The translations under genes were made by a program, and so were the position numbers. This document shows, in pieces, positions 46,118-55,128 of a stretch of DNA of 64,000 nt. Source of the stretch: Mycobacteriales bacterium (lineage in GTDB: Bacteria; Actinomycetota; Actinomycetes; JAFAQI01). Numbering within the stretch: the stretch's first letter is position 1; every line of letters begins with the position of its first letter. The stretch spans positions 11,812-75,811 of the forward strand of contig DASZPL010000139.1 in NCBI GenBank assembly GCA_035550315.1, in the 5' to 3' direction. The notes below the pieces were generated by a model that was not told the origin of the DNA, did no database searches, and was given only the letters and a program-made list of their open reading frames with translations.

Positions 46118-46524
46118 TGGTCGGCGGCCTCCGCGGGCACCGGTGGCGCGTACTCGACCCGCAGGCCGGAGGAGATCGCGTTGGAGCCGTTGAAGAAGTC
46201 GACCACCGCCATCAGCTCGACCAGCTCGGCGTCGGTGGTGCCGAGCGCGCGCAGCGCGTCGGTGTGGCTGTGCAGGCAGTAGTCGCAGTTGTTGGTCGCC
46301 GAGACCGCGACCGCGATCATCTCCTTGGTCTTGCGGTCGAGCACACCGGTCTCGAGGATGGTCCGCAACTTCGTCCACTCCGCCTTCAGGTACTCCGGGT
46401 GATGCGCGATGGCGCGCCAGAAGTTGGGCACCTCGGCGAGGTTGCGGGACGCCTTGATGTCGTCGAAGACCTCCTTGACAACGCCGGTGGCCTCGGCCTC
46501 CTCGACGTACGGCACCAATGCCAT
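46114..46524 (-). CDS. Carboxymuconolactone decarboxylase (CMD/AhpD-like) family protein
   Basis: 136 aa. AhpD-type motif SATNNCDYCLHSH. Confidence 0.8.
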   Translation of the reverse strand: MALVPYVEEAEATGVVKEVFDDIKASRNLAEVPNFWRAIAHHPEYLKAEWTKLRTILETGVLDRKTKEMIAVAVSATNNCDYCLHSHTDALRALGTTDAELVELMAVVDFFNGSNAISSGLRVEYAPPVPAEAADQ

Positions 46525-46536
46525 GCGACCTCCTCG

Positions 46537-47451
46537 CTAGTAGACCGGCGTGCGCCACTCGGCGTGATCGGCGGACCGGCCGCGGACCACGTCGAGGTAA
46601 CGCTGCTGCACTTGCATCGTGACGGGGCCGGGCTTGCCCGAACCGATCACCCGGCCATCAATCTCGGTCACCGGCGCGACTTGCACGCCGGTGCCGCACA
46701 GGAAGACCTCGTCGGCCGCCAGCGCCTGGCTGCGGTCCAGCCGGGTCTCGCGCACCCGGTGACCTAGTTCGGCGGCGAGCGTCTGCACCGCCGCGCGGGT
46801 GATGCCGATCAGGATGTCGTCGCTGCCCGCCGGGGTCAGCAGCTCGCCGTCGGCGACGATGAACACGTTGGAGGACGACGCCTCGGCGAGGTGCCCGTCC
46901 GAGGTCAGCATCAGCGCCTCGTCGTAGCCGTCACGGCGCGCATCGTCGGACGCCAGCGCGGCGTTGATGTATGAGCCGATCGCCTTGGCCCGCGCCGGCA
47001 CCGCGTTGTCGTCGATCCGCTGCCACGACGACACCCGCAGCCGCAGGCCGCGGTCGATGTCGAGATAGCCGCCCATCGGCCGGCAGTACGCCGCGACCTC
47101 GGTGCGCACGCCGCCCAGGGTCACGGTGATCGTCTGGTCGGACTTGAACACCAGCGGCCGGATGTAGGCGTCCTCCCGCAACTCGTTGCGCCGCAACAGC
47201 TCCAGCACGATTTCGCGCAGCTCCGCGGCGGACATCGCGAGGTCGAGCCGCAGCACCCGGGCGGAGCGCACCAGCCGGTCGATGTGCTGGTCGAGCAACG
47301 TGACGTAAAGCTGCTCGTCGGCCTCGTTCCAGTACGCCCGGATGCCCTCGAAGCAGCCGGTGCCGTAGTTGACGACGTGCGACGCGATCGACACCTGCGC
47401 CTGCTCGTGCGGCACGAAGTCGCCGCCGAAGTAGGAGATTGGACTGGTCAC
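46537..47451 (-). CDS. Fold-type IV (branched-chain/D-amino acid) aminotransferase
   Basis: From GTG 47451 (GTGA overlap). GTGCFEGIRAY, PLP-lysine context ARAKAIGSYINAALA, and C-terminal GTGVQVAPV. Confidence 0.85.
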   Translation of the reverse strand: MTSPISYFGGDFVPHEQAQVSIASHVVNYGTGCFEGIRAYWNEADEQLYVTLLDQHIDRLVRSARVLRLDLAMSAAELREIVLELLRRNELREDAYIRPLVFKSDQTITVTLGGVRTEVAAYCRPMGGYLDIDRGLRLRVSSWQRIDDNAVPARAKAIGSYINAALASDDARRDGYDEALMLTSDGHLAEASSSNVFIVADGELLTPAGSDDILIGITRAAVQTLAAELGHRVRETRLDRSQALAADEVFLCGTGVQVAPVTEIDGRVIGSGKPGPVTMQVQQRYLDVVRGRSADHAEWRTPVY

Positions 47452-48584
47452 CGCGGCTCCTCGTCGTCGAGTCGATACAACCGGCGCGCGTTGCCGGCGC
47501 CGATCAGTTCCCGGATCCGGTCGGCCGACGCCCGCGGGCAGTCGCCGGCGTCCACCCAGCCGTCGAGCACGCGGTCGAGATGCCGCCGGAACAGCACCGC
47601 GCCGAGATAGACGAACTCGGCCAGGCCGAACCCGTCCGAGCTGTAGAGCTGCTTTGGGTACGGCGCGAGCTCCAACGCCTCCGCGATCACGGTCCCCGCA
47701 CTCGGGCCGGTGTAGTGCGCCATGCAGCCGACGTCGAAGTAGACGTTCGGGAAGACGTTCGCCAGGTAGCCCGCCTGCCGGTGGTACGGATAGCAGTGCA
47801 GGAACACGACGTCGACCCCGCGGCCCTCCAGCTCGCGCACCCACGGCGTGAACTGGGACGGGTCGGCGCGGTGCATCGTCAGGTCGGTGTCACCGAAGCC
47901 GGCGTGCACCTGCACCGGCAGCCGCCGGCTCGCCGCAACCTCGATGGCGGCATGCAGCACGTGCGCGAGCAGCACGGGCGCCGCCAGTCGCGGCGCCGTC
48001 GCCGCACCGAACTCGCGGAACCACGCCTCGGTGGCACGCCGCACGCCCTCGTGGTCCGGCGGCTCGACCGCCAAATCGAAGCCGTGCCGATATGCGACGA
48101 CGCTCTTCAGGCCGACGGCGGCAGACGCGGCCGCATCCAGCGCTGCACCGAGCCCGGCCAGGAAGTCGTCCGGCCCGTCGCAGCCGCGCGCGTGGTCCTC
48201 GGCCGCGCGCTCGATGCGCACGACCTCGTGCGCGGTTGCACCGGCCAGGCGTCCCATCGCAGCCGGGTCGAGTACGTCGCCGGGTCGGTGACCGGTCTCG
48301 ACGAGCAGCGCGTCGAGACCCGCGGCGGCCAGCAGCCGGCGGTTAACTTCGACGGCGCCGAGCGCCGCCCGCGCCTCGAGGTAACGCTCGGGGGTGCAGT
48401 CGGGCGCGAGGTCGAGCAACGGGCCGCAGCCGGTGAGGATCGCGAGGCCCACCGGGGTGTCGAAATGCGACGTACCGGCCGGCGCGGGCCGGCCGCCTTC
48501 GTTGGCCAACAGCTCGAACTGGTCGCGCTCCAGCGACGTCGCGACGACCCCGTGCACGTGGTGGTCAACCAGGTCGCCGGCCAC
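47448..48584 (-). CDS. Amidohydrolase-family protein (GlnA3-partner / Rv1879-like type)
   Basis: From GTG 48584 (1-nt overlap with the GS stop). LVDHHVHG, GLKSVVAYRHGFDLAVEP, LPVQVHAGFGDTD, SSDGFGLAE. Paralog of 39835..40926. Confidence 0.8.
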   Translation of the reverse strand: MAGDLVDHHVHGVVATSLERDQFELLANEGGRPAPAGTSHFDTPVGLAILTGCGPLLDLAPDCTPERYLEARAALGAVEVNRRLLAAAGLDALLVETGHRPGDVLDPAAMGRLAGATAHEVVRIERAAEDHARGCDGPDDFLAGLGAALDAAASAAVGLKSVVAYRHGFDLAVEPPDHEGVRRATEAWFREFGAATAPRLAAPVLLAHVLHAAIEVAASRRLPVQVHAGFGDTDLTMHRADPSQFTPWVRELEGRGVDVVFLHCYPYHRQAGYLANVFPNVYFDVGCMAHYTGPSAGTVIAEALELAPYPKQLYSSDGFGLAEFVYLGAVLFRRHLDRVLDGWVDAGDCPRASADRIRELIGAGNARRLYRLDDEEPR

Positions 48585-50047
48585 TAGAAGAACTCGAAGT
48601 ACTCGCGCATCTCCCAGTCGGTGACCTCCTCGAGGAAGCGGTTGCACTCGTTGCGCTTCATGGCGGTGATGAAGTTGACGAAGCCCGGGCCGAACGCGTC
48701 CTTGAAGAACTGGCTCTGCTCCAGCACGGCGACGGCTTCCCAGAGCGACCCGGGCAAGGCCGGCGCCTCGGTGGCGTACGGGTCCGACTCGACCAGCGGC
48801 GGCGGCGTCAGGTTTCGCCGGATCCCGTCGAGGCCGGCCGCGATGTTGGCGGCGAGGTAGAAGTACGGGTTGGCCGACGGCTCGCCGACCCGGTTCTCGA
48901 TGTGTGCGCCCTTCTCCATCGGGCCGCCCTGCACCCGGATGAACGCGCCGCGGTTCTCGATCGCCCAGTTCGCCCGATTCGGCGCGAACGAATACGGCTT
49001 GTAGCGCTTGTAGCCGGTGATCGTGGGGGTCGAGAACACCATCATCTCGTTGGCGTGCTCGATCAGGCCGGCGGTGAACTGCCGCCCGACGTCCGACAGC
49101 GGCTGTGCCGGGCTGTCGCTCATGAACGCGTTCTCACCGGTCTCGCGGCTGCGCAGCGACTCGTGCAAGTGCCAGCCGCTGGAGAAGAAGTGCGGCAGCG
49201 CCGGCCGCGCCATGAACGACGCCAGCAGACCCATCTGCTGGGTGACCTGCTTCGCGGCGGTGCGGAACAGGATCATCGCGTCGGCCGGCTCGAGGCCCAC
49301 CATCGGGTCGAACGTGATCTCGATCTGGCCGGGGCCCCACTCGTCTTCGATCGATCGCAGCGGCAGCCCGAGGTCGAGGTAGGCGTCGCGCAGCCGCTCG
49401 ACGACGTCGTTGATGCCGGCCAGCCGCACCTCGGACAAGTACTGGTAGCCGTGTTCCAGGACGCTCACCTTCGGAGGCGGTGGCGGCCAGCCCGCCTCGC
49501 TCAACTCGATCCGTTGGCTGTCACGGCGTACGACGTAGAACTCGACTTCCAGGCCCGCGACGTAGTCATAGCCGAGCTCGGCGGCCGCCTCGACTTGCCG
49601 GCGCAGCAACAGCCGACCGTCGATCGGCACTGGGCGACCGGTCGAGAAGTAAGCGTCCGTCAGCACCCAGCCGGTGCGGTCTGCCCACGGCAGCACCCGG
49701 AACGTCGTCGGGTCCGGCACCAGCACCATGTCGGGAAATCCGGTGAGCTCCGGGATGTCGAGGCCGCCACCCTCGACAAACAACGGCGTGAAGACGTTGT
49801 TCGCGCTGTCCATGCTGAACAGCGCCGCGGAGAAGTCGATGCCGCTGTCGAGGGATGCGACGTAATCGGCCGTCGACATGAACTTGCAGCGCGGCGCGCC
49901 GTGCTGGTCGACCCAGATCAGCCGGACGGTGCGCAGGTTGTGCTCGTCGATCAACGCCTTGCTGCGGGCCGCCGCGTCGCGCTGCTCATCGGTGAGCAAC
50001 CCATGCTCTGCCACGAACCCGTGCTTGCCGACTCCGCGCTCGCTCAT
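48584..50047 (-). CDS. Glutamine synthetase-family protein (GlnA3-like gamma-glutamyl-amine ligase candidate)
   Basis: 487 aa with a GS beta-grasp N-domain and catalytic domain pattern. Immediately followed by the amidohydrolase partner, as I recall for glnA3 loci in Mycobacterium and Streptomyces. Confidence 0.8.
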   Translation of the reverse strand: MSERGVGKHGFVAEHGLLTDEQRDAAARSKALIDEHNLRTVRLIWVDQHGAPRCKFMSTADYVASLDSGIDFSAALFSMDSANNVFTPLFVEGGGLDIPELTGFPDMVLVPDPTTFRVLPWADRTGWVLTDAYFSTGRPVPIDGRLLLRRQVEAAAELGYDYVAGLEVEFYVVRRDSQRIELSEAGWPPPPPKVSVLEHGYQYLSEVRLAGINDVVERLRDAYLDLGLPLRSIEDEWGPGQIEITFDPMVGLEPADAMILFRTAAKQVTQQMGLLASFMARPALPHFFSSGWHLHESLRSRETGENAFMSDSPAQPLSDVGRQFTAGLIEHANEMMVFSTPTITGYKRYKPYSFAPNRANWAIENRGAFIRVQGGPMEKGAHIENRVGEPSANPYFYLAANIAAGLDGIRRNLTPPPLVESDPYATEAPALPGSLWEAVAVLEQSQFFKDAFGPGFVNFITAMKRNECNRFLEEVTDWEMREYFEFF

Positions 50048-50075
50048 CGGTGCTGACCTCCCCTTCGTCGTCGCC

Positions 50076-50774
50076 TCAAGTCTCCAGCGCGTCGCCGAGC
50101 GTGACCGCCGTACCCATCGGAATCAGCTCCGGGTCCGAGCTGTCAGGGAAGATCAGCTGGAACACGGAGTCGTCGTCGGAGTGCAGGGCCGAGGCGACCA
50201 GGTCAGCGCCACCGGCGCGAAACCGCCACAACGCGTTGCCGCGGTTGCGGGCGTAGACCGCCAACTGCCCGTCGGCGCCCAGGTAGCCGAGGTTCAGCTT
50301 CCCGCCGAACGTCTCGTCGAGCTGCTGCATCGCCTCGGCGGGCGTGGCGCCGTCGGCGAGCCGGTCCTGCAGGAAGACCCAACCGACCTCGCTGTCCGCC
50401 TGGCCTTCAAGCCGGTCGGCGTACGTCGGCCGCAGCTGCTCGGCGCGCTCCAGGAACCCGTTGTGGCAGAACGCGTAGTCGCCGTTGTGCGCGAACGGCT
50501 GGGTGTCGGCGAGCTGCACGGTCGACAGCTTGTTGGGCCGCCGCAGGTGCACCAGGAACCGACGCGAGGTCGCCTGCTGCAACCGGTCGCGGTCACCGGC
50601 CTCCTCGGCGTAACGACCGAGTCCACGCTCCAGCTGCACCTTGCCGGACTGGTCGAGCCATGCAACGCCCCAGCCGAAGCCGCCGAGACCGAACACTTCC
50701 AGCCCGCGCGCCCAGTCGTGCAGCCGCTCGTAGCGGGTCGGTTCGGGCCAGCTCGCCGCGAGGATCTCGCACAC
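50076..50774 (-). CDS. Class II (Ntn) glutamine amidotransferase-like protein (YafJ/EgtC-like)
   Basis: From GTG 50774, so that Cys is residue 2 ((M)CEILAAS...), the Ntn nucleophile arrangement. HLRRPN...QPF...FCHNG blocks. Confidence 0.75.
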   Translation of the reverse strand: MCEILAASWPEPTRYERLHDWARGLEVFGLGGFGWGVAWLDQSGKVQLERGLGRYAEEAGDRDRLQQATSRRFLVHLRRPNKLSTVQLADTQPFAHNGDYAFCHNGFLERAEQLRPTYADRLEGQADSEVGWVFLQDRLADGATPAEAMQQLDETFGGKLNLGYLGADGQLAVYARNRGNALWRFRAGGADLVASALHSDDDSVFQLIFPDSSDPELIPMGTAVTLGDALET

Positions 50775-50979
50775 CTCGCGACCCCTCTCAGGTGGACGGC
50801 AGCTCCGGCCCGGCTGCGCGCAGTTGTGAGGTGCGCACCGGCAACGAAGCCTCGTCCGCTTCCGATGCGGGGACCAACGCCGAACAACTGCGCACGGCCG
50901 AGCCCGCCGAATCCTATGGCCTGGCGTGCACCGGCGACAACCGGGTATGCCGCAGACGCGACACATGGAGGTGGTTCGT

Positions 50980-51579
50980 ATGTCCACACGCAGGCCCGTT
51001 ACCGGCGTGCTGCTCATGCTGTTGGGGGCGTGGGCCGCGATCCTCCCGTACGTCGGACCCGCGTTCGGCTACCGCATGACGGCCGCGGGTTCGTGGACCT
51101 GGACCGCCAGCGCATGGGAGCTGCACCTGGCTGCCGGCGCACTCGTCCTGGTCGGCGGCATGATGCTGGTGCTCAGCCGATGGGGCTCGACCGCGATCGG
51201 CGCCTGGTGCGCGATCGTCGGCGGCGTCTGGATCGTGCTGGGACCGCTGTTCGCATCGCTCTGGCTGCCAGTCACGAGCAGCGAGACGCAGGTCTTCTCC
51301 AGCACGCTGAATGACGCCGCCCGGCCGCTCGGCTACCACTACGGCACCGGTCTGCTGATCGTGTTGATCGCGGCCTACGTGCTGGGACGCGCGAGCGTCC
51401 TCGGCCGGGCCGGCCGGATGGTCGAGGCGGCTGCGGCCGGCGGCGCGACCGGGGCCGCAACGACGCGAGACCGCGAGCCGGTCGACCTGCGCGACGGGGC
51501 GCCGACGGCGTACCCGTCGGACGTCGACGGCGCTCCGGCCGAGCGGCCGACGGCGACGACAACCCGGCACCGCGCCTAG
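50980..51579 (+). CDS. Hypothetical integral membrane protein
   Basis: From ATG 50980 (a GGAGG lies upstream). Four hydrophobic segments (VTGVLLMLLGAWAAILPYV...) and an Ala/Thr/Pro-rich tail. Confidence 0.6.
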   Translation: MSTRRPVTGVLLMLLGAWAAILPYVGPAFGYRMTAAGSWTWTASAWELHLAAGALVLVGGMMLVLSRWGSTAIGAWCAIVGGVWIVLGPLFASLWLPVTSSETQVFSSTLNDAARPLGYHYGTGLLIVLIAAYVLGRASVLGRAGRMVEAAAAGGATGAATTRDREPVDLRDGAPTAYPSDVDGAPAERPTATTTRHRA

Positions 51580-51657
51580 CGCGCGGCGTCGCCCGACGCG
51601 GCGGCGCGGCTCGCCACCCACTAACGTCTGCGGCGGACAGGGCAGACGGGAGATGAC

Positions 51658-52392
51658 GTGGCGGGCCGCATCGCCGTGGTCACCGGCAGCGGATCCGGCA
51701 TCGGCCGAGCGATCGCGCTGGGGCTGGCCGGGCAGGACATGCAAGTTGTCGGGCTCGACCGCGACCTCGCGGCCGCCGAGCGCACCGCCGCCGACTCCAA
51801 CGGCGGGCTGATCCGGGCCGTTGAGGTCGACGTCGCCGACGCCGAGGCCGTCGACGCGGTCCGTGACGAGGTGGTCGCCGAGTTCGGCGCTCCGACCGTC
51901 GTGGTCAATGCGGCTGGATGGGACCGCAACGCGCCGTTCCTCGACGCGACGCCGGAGTTCGCACAGACCGTCGTCGCCATCAACTACCTCGGACCGGTCA
52001 ACCTGTGCCGGGCGTTCCTGCCGGGCATGGTCGACGCCGGCTACGGCCGGGTGGTCAACGTCGCCAGCGACGCCGGCCGGGTCGGCAGCGCCGGCGAAAG
52101 CATTTACGCCGGCGCCAAAGGTGGCGTCATCGCCCTCACCAAGTCGCTGGCCCGCGAGATGGCGCGACACCAGATCACCGTCAACTGCGTCTGCCCCGGC
52201 CCGACCGACACGCCGCTGTTCGCGGCCCAAGACGAGTCGCTGCAGGTCGCCCTGATCAAGGCGATCCCGTTCCGCCGGCTGGCCCGGCCGGAAGAGGTCG
52301 CGGCCGCCGTGCTGTTCTTCGCGTCCGACGCCGCGTCGTTCATCACCGGGCAGGTGCTCAGCGTGAGCGGCGGCCTGACGATGGCAGGCTGA
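51658..52392 (+). CDS. SDR-family oxidoreductase (FabG-like)
   Basis: 244 aa. VVTGSGSGIGRA, NAAG, YAGAKGG (YxxxK). Confidence 0.9.
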   Translation: MAGRIAVVTGSGSGIGRAIALGLAGQDMQVVGLDRDLAAAERTAADSNGGLIRAVEVDVADAEAVDAVRDEVVAEFGAPTVVVNAAGWDRNAPFLDATPEFAQTVVAINYLGPVNLCRAFLPGMVDAGYGRVVNVASDAGRVGSAGESIYAGAKGGVIALTKSLAREMARHQITVNCVCPGPTDTPLFAAQDESLQVALIKAIPFRRLARPEEVAAAVLFFASDAASFITGQVLSVSGGLTMAG

Positions 52393-52396
52393 GCCG

Positions 52397-53200
52397 ATGC
52401 CCTACGCCGACTACGAGCAGTTGCTGATCGAGCGCCGCGACCACGGCGTCGTGCTGATCACGCTGAACCAGCCAGACAAGTACAACGCCGCAGACGAGAC
52501 CATGCACGCCGAGCTGGCGCGGATCTGGGTCGACGTCTCGGCCGATCCGCGGACCCGGGTCGCGGTCGTCACCGGCGCGGGCAAGGCGTTCTCGGCCGGC
52601 GGCGACCTCGACATGGTCGAGCGGCTGACCGGCAACCACGACCGGGTCGCGCACATGCTGTCCGAGATGAGCGACCTGGTCTATCACCTGGTCAACTGCG
52701 AGAAGCCGGTCGTCTCGGCGATCAACGGGGTGGCCGTCGGCGCCGGGCTGGTCGTGGCGCTGCTGGCCGACATCTCGATCTGCGCGGAGGACGCGCGACT
52801 CGGGGACGGCCACGTCAAGCTCGGCGTCGCCGCCGGCGACCACGCCGCGATCATCTGGCCGCTGCTCGCCGGCATGGCGAAGGCCCGCTACTACCTGCTG
52901 ACCGGCGAGATGGTGACCGGCGCCGAGGCCGAGCGGATCGGCCTGGTCAGCAAGGCCGTGCCGCGCGACCAGGTGCTCGACGAGGCGATGACCGTCGCCG
53001 AGACGCTCGCCACCGGTTCGCAGCTCGCGATCCGGTGGACCAAGCGGGCGTTGAACAGCTGGCTTCGCACCGCCGGACCGATCTTCGACCAATCCGCCGC
53101 CTACGAGATGCTCGGCTTCCTCGGGCCAGACGTCGGCGAAGGGGTCGCCGCGCTCCGCCAGAAGCGGCCACCGCGCTTCCCGTCGGCGGCCGCGGACTGA
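52397..53200 (+). CDS. Enoyl-CoA hydratase/isomerase (crotonase) family protein
   Basis: 267 aa. [15 protein letters not shown] oxyanion-hole block and [10 protein letters not shown]. Confidence 0.9.
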   Translation: MPYADYEQLLIERRDHGVVLITLNQPDKYNAADETMHAELARIWVDVSADPRTRVAVVTGAGKAFSAGGDLDMVERLTGNHDRVAHMLSEMSDLVYHLVNCEKPVVSAINGVAVGAGLVVALLADISICAEDARLGDGHVKLGVAAGDHAAIIWPLLAGMAKARYYLLTGEMVTGAEAERIGLVSKAVPRDQVLDEAMTVAETLATGSQLAIRWTKRALNSWLRTAGPIFDQSAAYEMLGFLGPDVGEGVAALRQKRPPRFPSAAAD

Positions 53201-54576
53201 TGCGCCGCCGGGGCGGGCGGATCACCGCGCTTCTCGCCACCGCACTCATGATCCCGGTCGGCTGGGTGGTCGCCGGCCCGGCAGCCGCCGGTCACGCCCG
53301 CCATCCCGAGCTGTTGCTGCGCAACGGCCACCACATCCACGTGGTGGCGGTGCACCGGTACGACGACCGCGACTGGGGTGCCGTCGTACGGTCCCCGGCC
53401 CTGGGCCGGGCGGTGGACGTGCGGCTGCTGCTGCCGTCGGGTTACGCCGACCACCCGCACCGCCACTACCCGGTGCTGTACCTGTTCCACGGCACCAGCG
53501 GACGGGCGTCGGACTGGCTGAAGATGGGGCAGGCGGAGCAGGCGACGGCCGGCCTGCCGCTGATCGTGGTGATGCCCGATGCCGGCTTCGACGGCGACGG
53601 TGGCGGCTGGTTCACGAACTGGTACGACGCCCACACCAAGCTCGGGCCGTCGCGCTGGGAGACCTTCCACGTCCACCAGCTGATCCCGTGGGTCGACGCC
53701 AACTTGCGGACCGTCCCGGACCGCGCCGGCCGGGCGATCGCCGGGCTGTCGCAGGGCGGCTTCGGCTCGATGAGCTACGCCGCGCGCCACCCGGACACGT
53801 TCGTGTCGGCGGCGTCGTTCTCCGGCGCGCCGGACATCGCGTTCAACCCGGTGCTCGCCGCCGGAGCGGCCGTCGTGATCGAGGGGACGGCGGTCGGGCT
53901 GGACGGCGTCACGCCGGACGCGATGTTCGGTCCTCGGCTGACCAACGACATCAACTGGCGCGGCCACGATCCGACCACGCTGGTGACGAACCTGCGCGGC
54001 ATGAGCCTCTGGCTGTGGACCGCCGAAGGCCTGCCGGGGCCGTACGACCACGGGCTTCCCGCCGGGGCGATGGCGATCGAGCAGATCACGCACGCCTCGA
54101 CCAAGTTCTTCTACGACCGGGCCCGTCGGGTCGGCATCCCGGTGCACCTCGACGACTACACCTTCGGCACGCACACCTGGGCGTACTGGGCCCGCGACCT
54201 GCGGCAGTACCTGCCGCACCTGATGGCGCTGTTCGCACACCCGCGGCCACGTCCCGCCGTCGTCGGTTACCGGTCGGTGGAGCCGCGATGGTCGCAGTGG
54301 GGCTGGACGGTCGTGATGCACCGAGCGGCCCGGCAGCAGTTCAGCGCGCTGGCCGGGGCGTCGCGGCGCGGCTTCCGGTTGACCGGCAATGGCTCGGCGA
54401 CGGTGACGACGCTTCCGGCATACCGATCGGGATCTCGCTACCTCGTCTCGGTCGCTGGCCCGGGCAGGCTGGCGCGCCATGTGATCACCGCGCGCAACCG
54501 TCGGCTGCGGTTGCACCTGCCGCTCGGCCACGGCCACGCCGCGACCGCCACGGTCCGGATCAGTCCGATCGGCTGA
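53200..54576 (+). CDS. Secreted esterase-family alpha/beta hydrolase (esterase D / antigen-85-like) with C-terminal extension
   Basis: From ATG 53200 (1-nt overlap with the upstream stop). Signal-like N-terminus RRGGRITALLATALMIPVGWVVAGPAAAG, YPVLYLFHG, and nucleophile elbow AGLSQGGFG. Confidence 0.8.
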   Translation: MRRRGGRITALLATALMIPVGWVVAGPAAAGHARHPELLLRNGHHIHVVAVHRYDDRDWGAVVRSPALGRAVDVRLLLPSGYADHPHRHYPVLYLFHGTSGRASDWLKMGQAEQATAGLPLIVVMPDAGFDGDGGGWFTNWYDAHTKLGPSRWETFHVHQLIPWVDANLRTVPDRAGRAIAGLSQGGFGSMSYAARHPDTFVSAASFSGAPDIAFNPVLAAGAAVVIEGTAVGLDGVTPDAMFGPRLTNDINWRGHDPTTLVTNLRGMSLWLWTAEGLPGPYDHGLPAGAMAIEQITHASTKFFYDRARRVGIPVHLDDYTFGTHTWAYWARDLRQYLPHLMALFAHPRPRPAVVGYRSVEPRWSQWGWTVVMHRAARQQFSALAGASRRGFRLTGNGSATVTTLPAYRSGSRYLVSVAGPGRLARHVITARNRRLRLHLPLGHGHAATATVRISPIG

Positions 54577-55126
54577 GCCGGCGGCGCCAGCGGGAGGCGC
54601 GGTCGGGCTCGAGCCGGAGCACGCGGATCACGGTGGCGAGCATCTCGTAGTGGCCCGCCAACATCAGCAGCTCCAACGTCTCGCGCTCGTCGAGCTGGTG
54701 CCGCAGCGCGGTCCACTCGCCGTCGTCGAGGTCCTGCCGCTCGTGCAGCGCGTCTACGGCGTCGAGCAACGCCTGCTCGCGGGCCGGCCAGTCGCGGTCG
54801 AGCGGCATCCGCACGAGCCGCTCGACGTCAGTGGCGGTCACGCCCGCGCGCCGGCCGAGTCGCACGTGGTGGTCGAACTCGTAGCGGCAGTCGCGGAGGT
54901 GCGCCACCCGCAAGATGACCAGTTCGGTCTCGCGGCGCGGTAACCGGCCCCCCGGCATCAGGCGGCCCGCGAACCGCAGCCACCCCCGGAACAACCGCCG
55001 GTGCCGGCCGAGGGTCAGGAACAGTCGCGGCGGCTCGGTGCCGGCGATCAAGCCGCTGACGCCGGCCACCACAGCACCGACGACACCCACCTCACGCCGG
55101 CTGCCCGGACGGATCCGCTCCGTCAT
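54560..55126 (-). CDS. Carboxymuconolactone decarboxylase-family protein
   Basis: From ATG 55126 (MTERIRPGSRRE...). LRVAHLRDCRYEFDHH motif. The 3' end overlaps the convergent esterase gene by 17 nt. Confidence 0.7.
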   Translation of the reverse strand: MTERIRPGSRREVGVVGAVVAGVSGLIAGTEPPRLFLTLGRHRRLFRGWLRFAGRLMPGGRLPRRETELVILRVAHLRDCRYEFDHHVRLGRRAGVTATDVERLVRMPLDRDWPAREQALLDAVDALHERQDLDDGEWTALRHQLDERETLELLMLAGHYEMLATVIRVLRLEPDRASRWRRRLSRSD

Positions 55127-55128
55127 GC

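Noticed and set aside
50775-50979. GlnR boxes (gTnAc-N6-GaAAc) or a glutamine riboswitch upstream of the GS-like operon
   Set aside because: One GTAAC half-site is present on the minus strand, but the expected partner half-sites at 6-nt spacing are absent. The known glutamine riboswitch is not expected in this phylum, and I see no resemblance.
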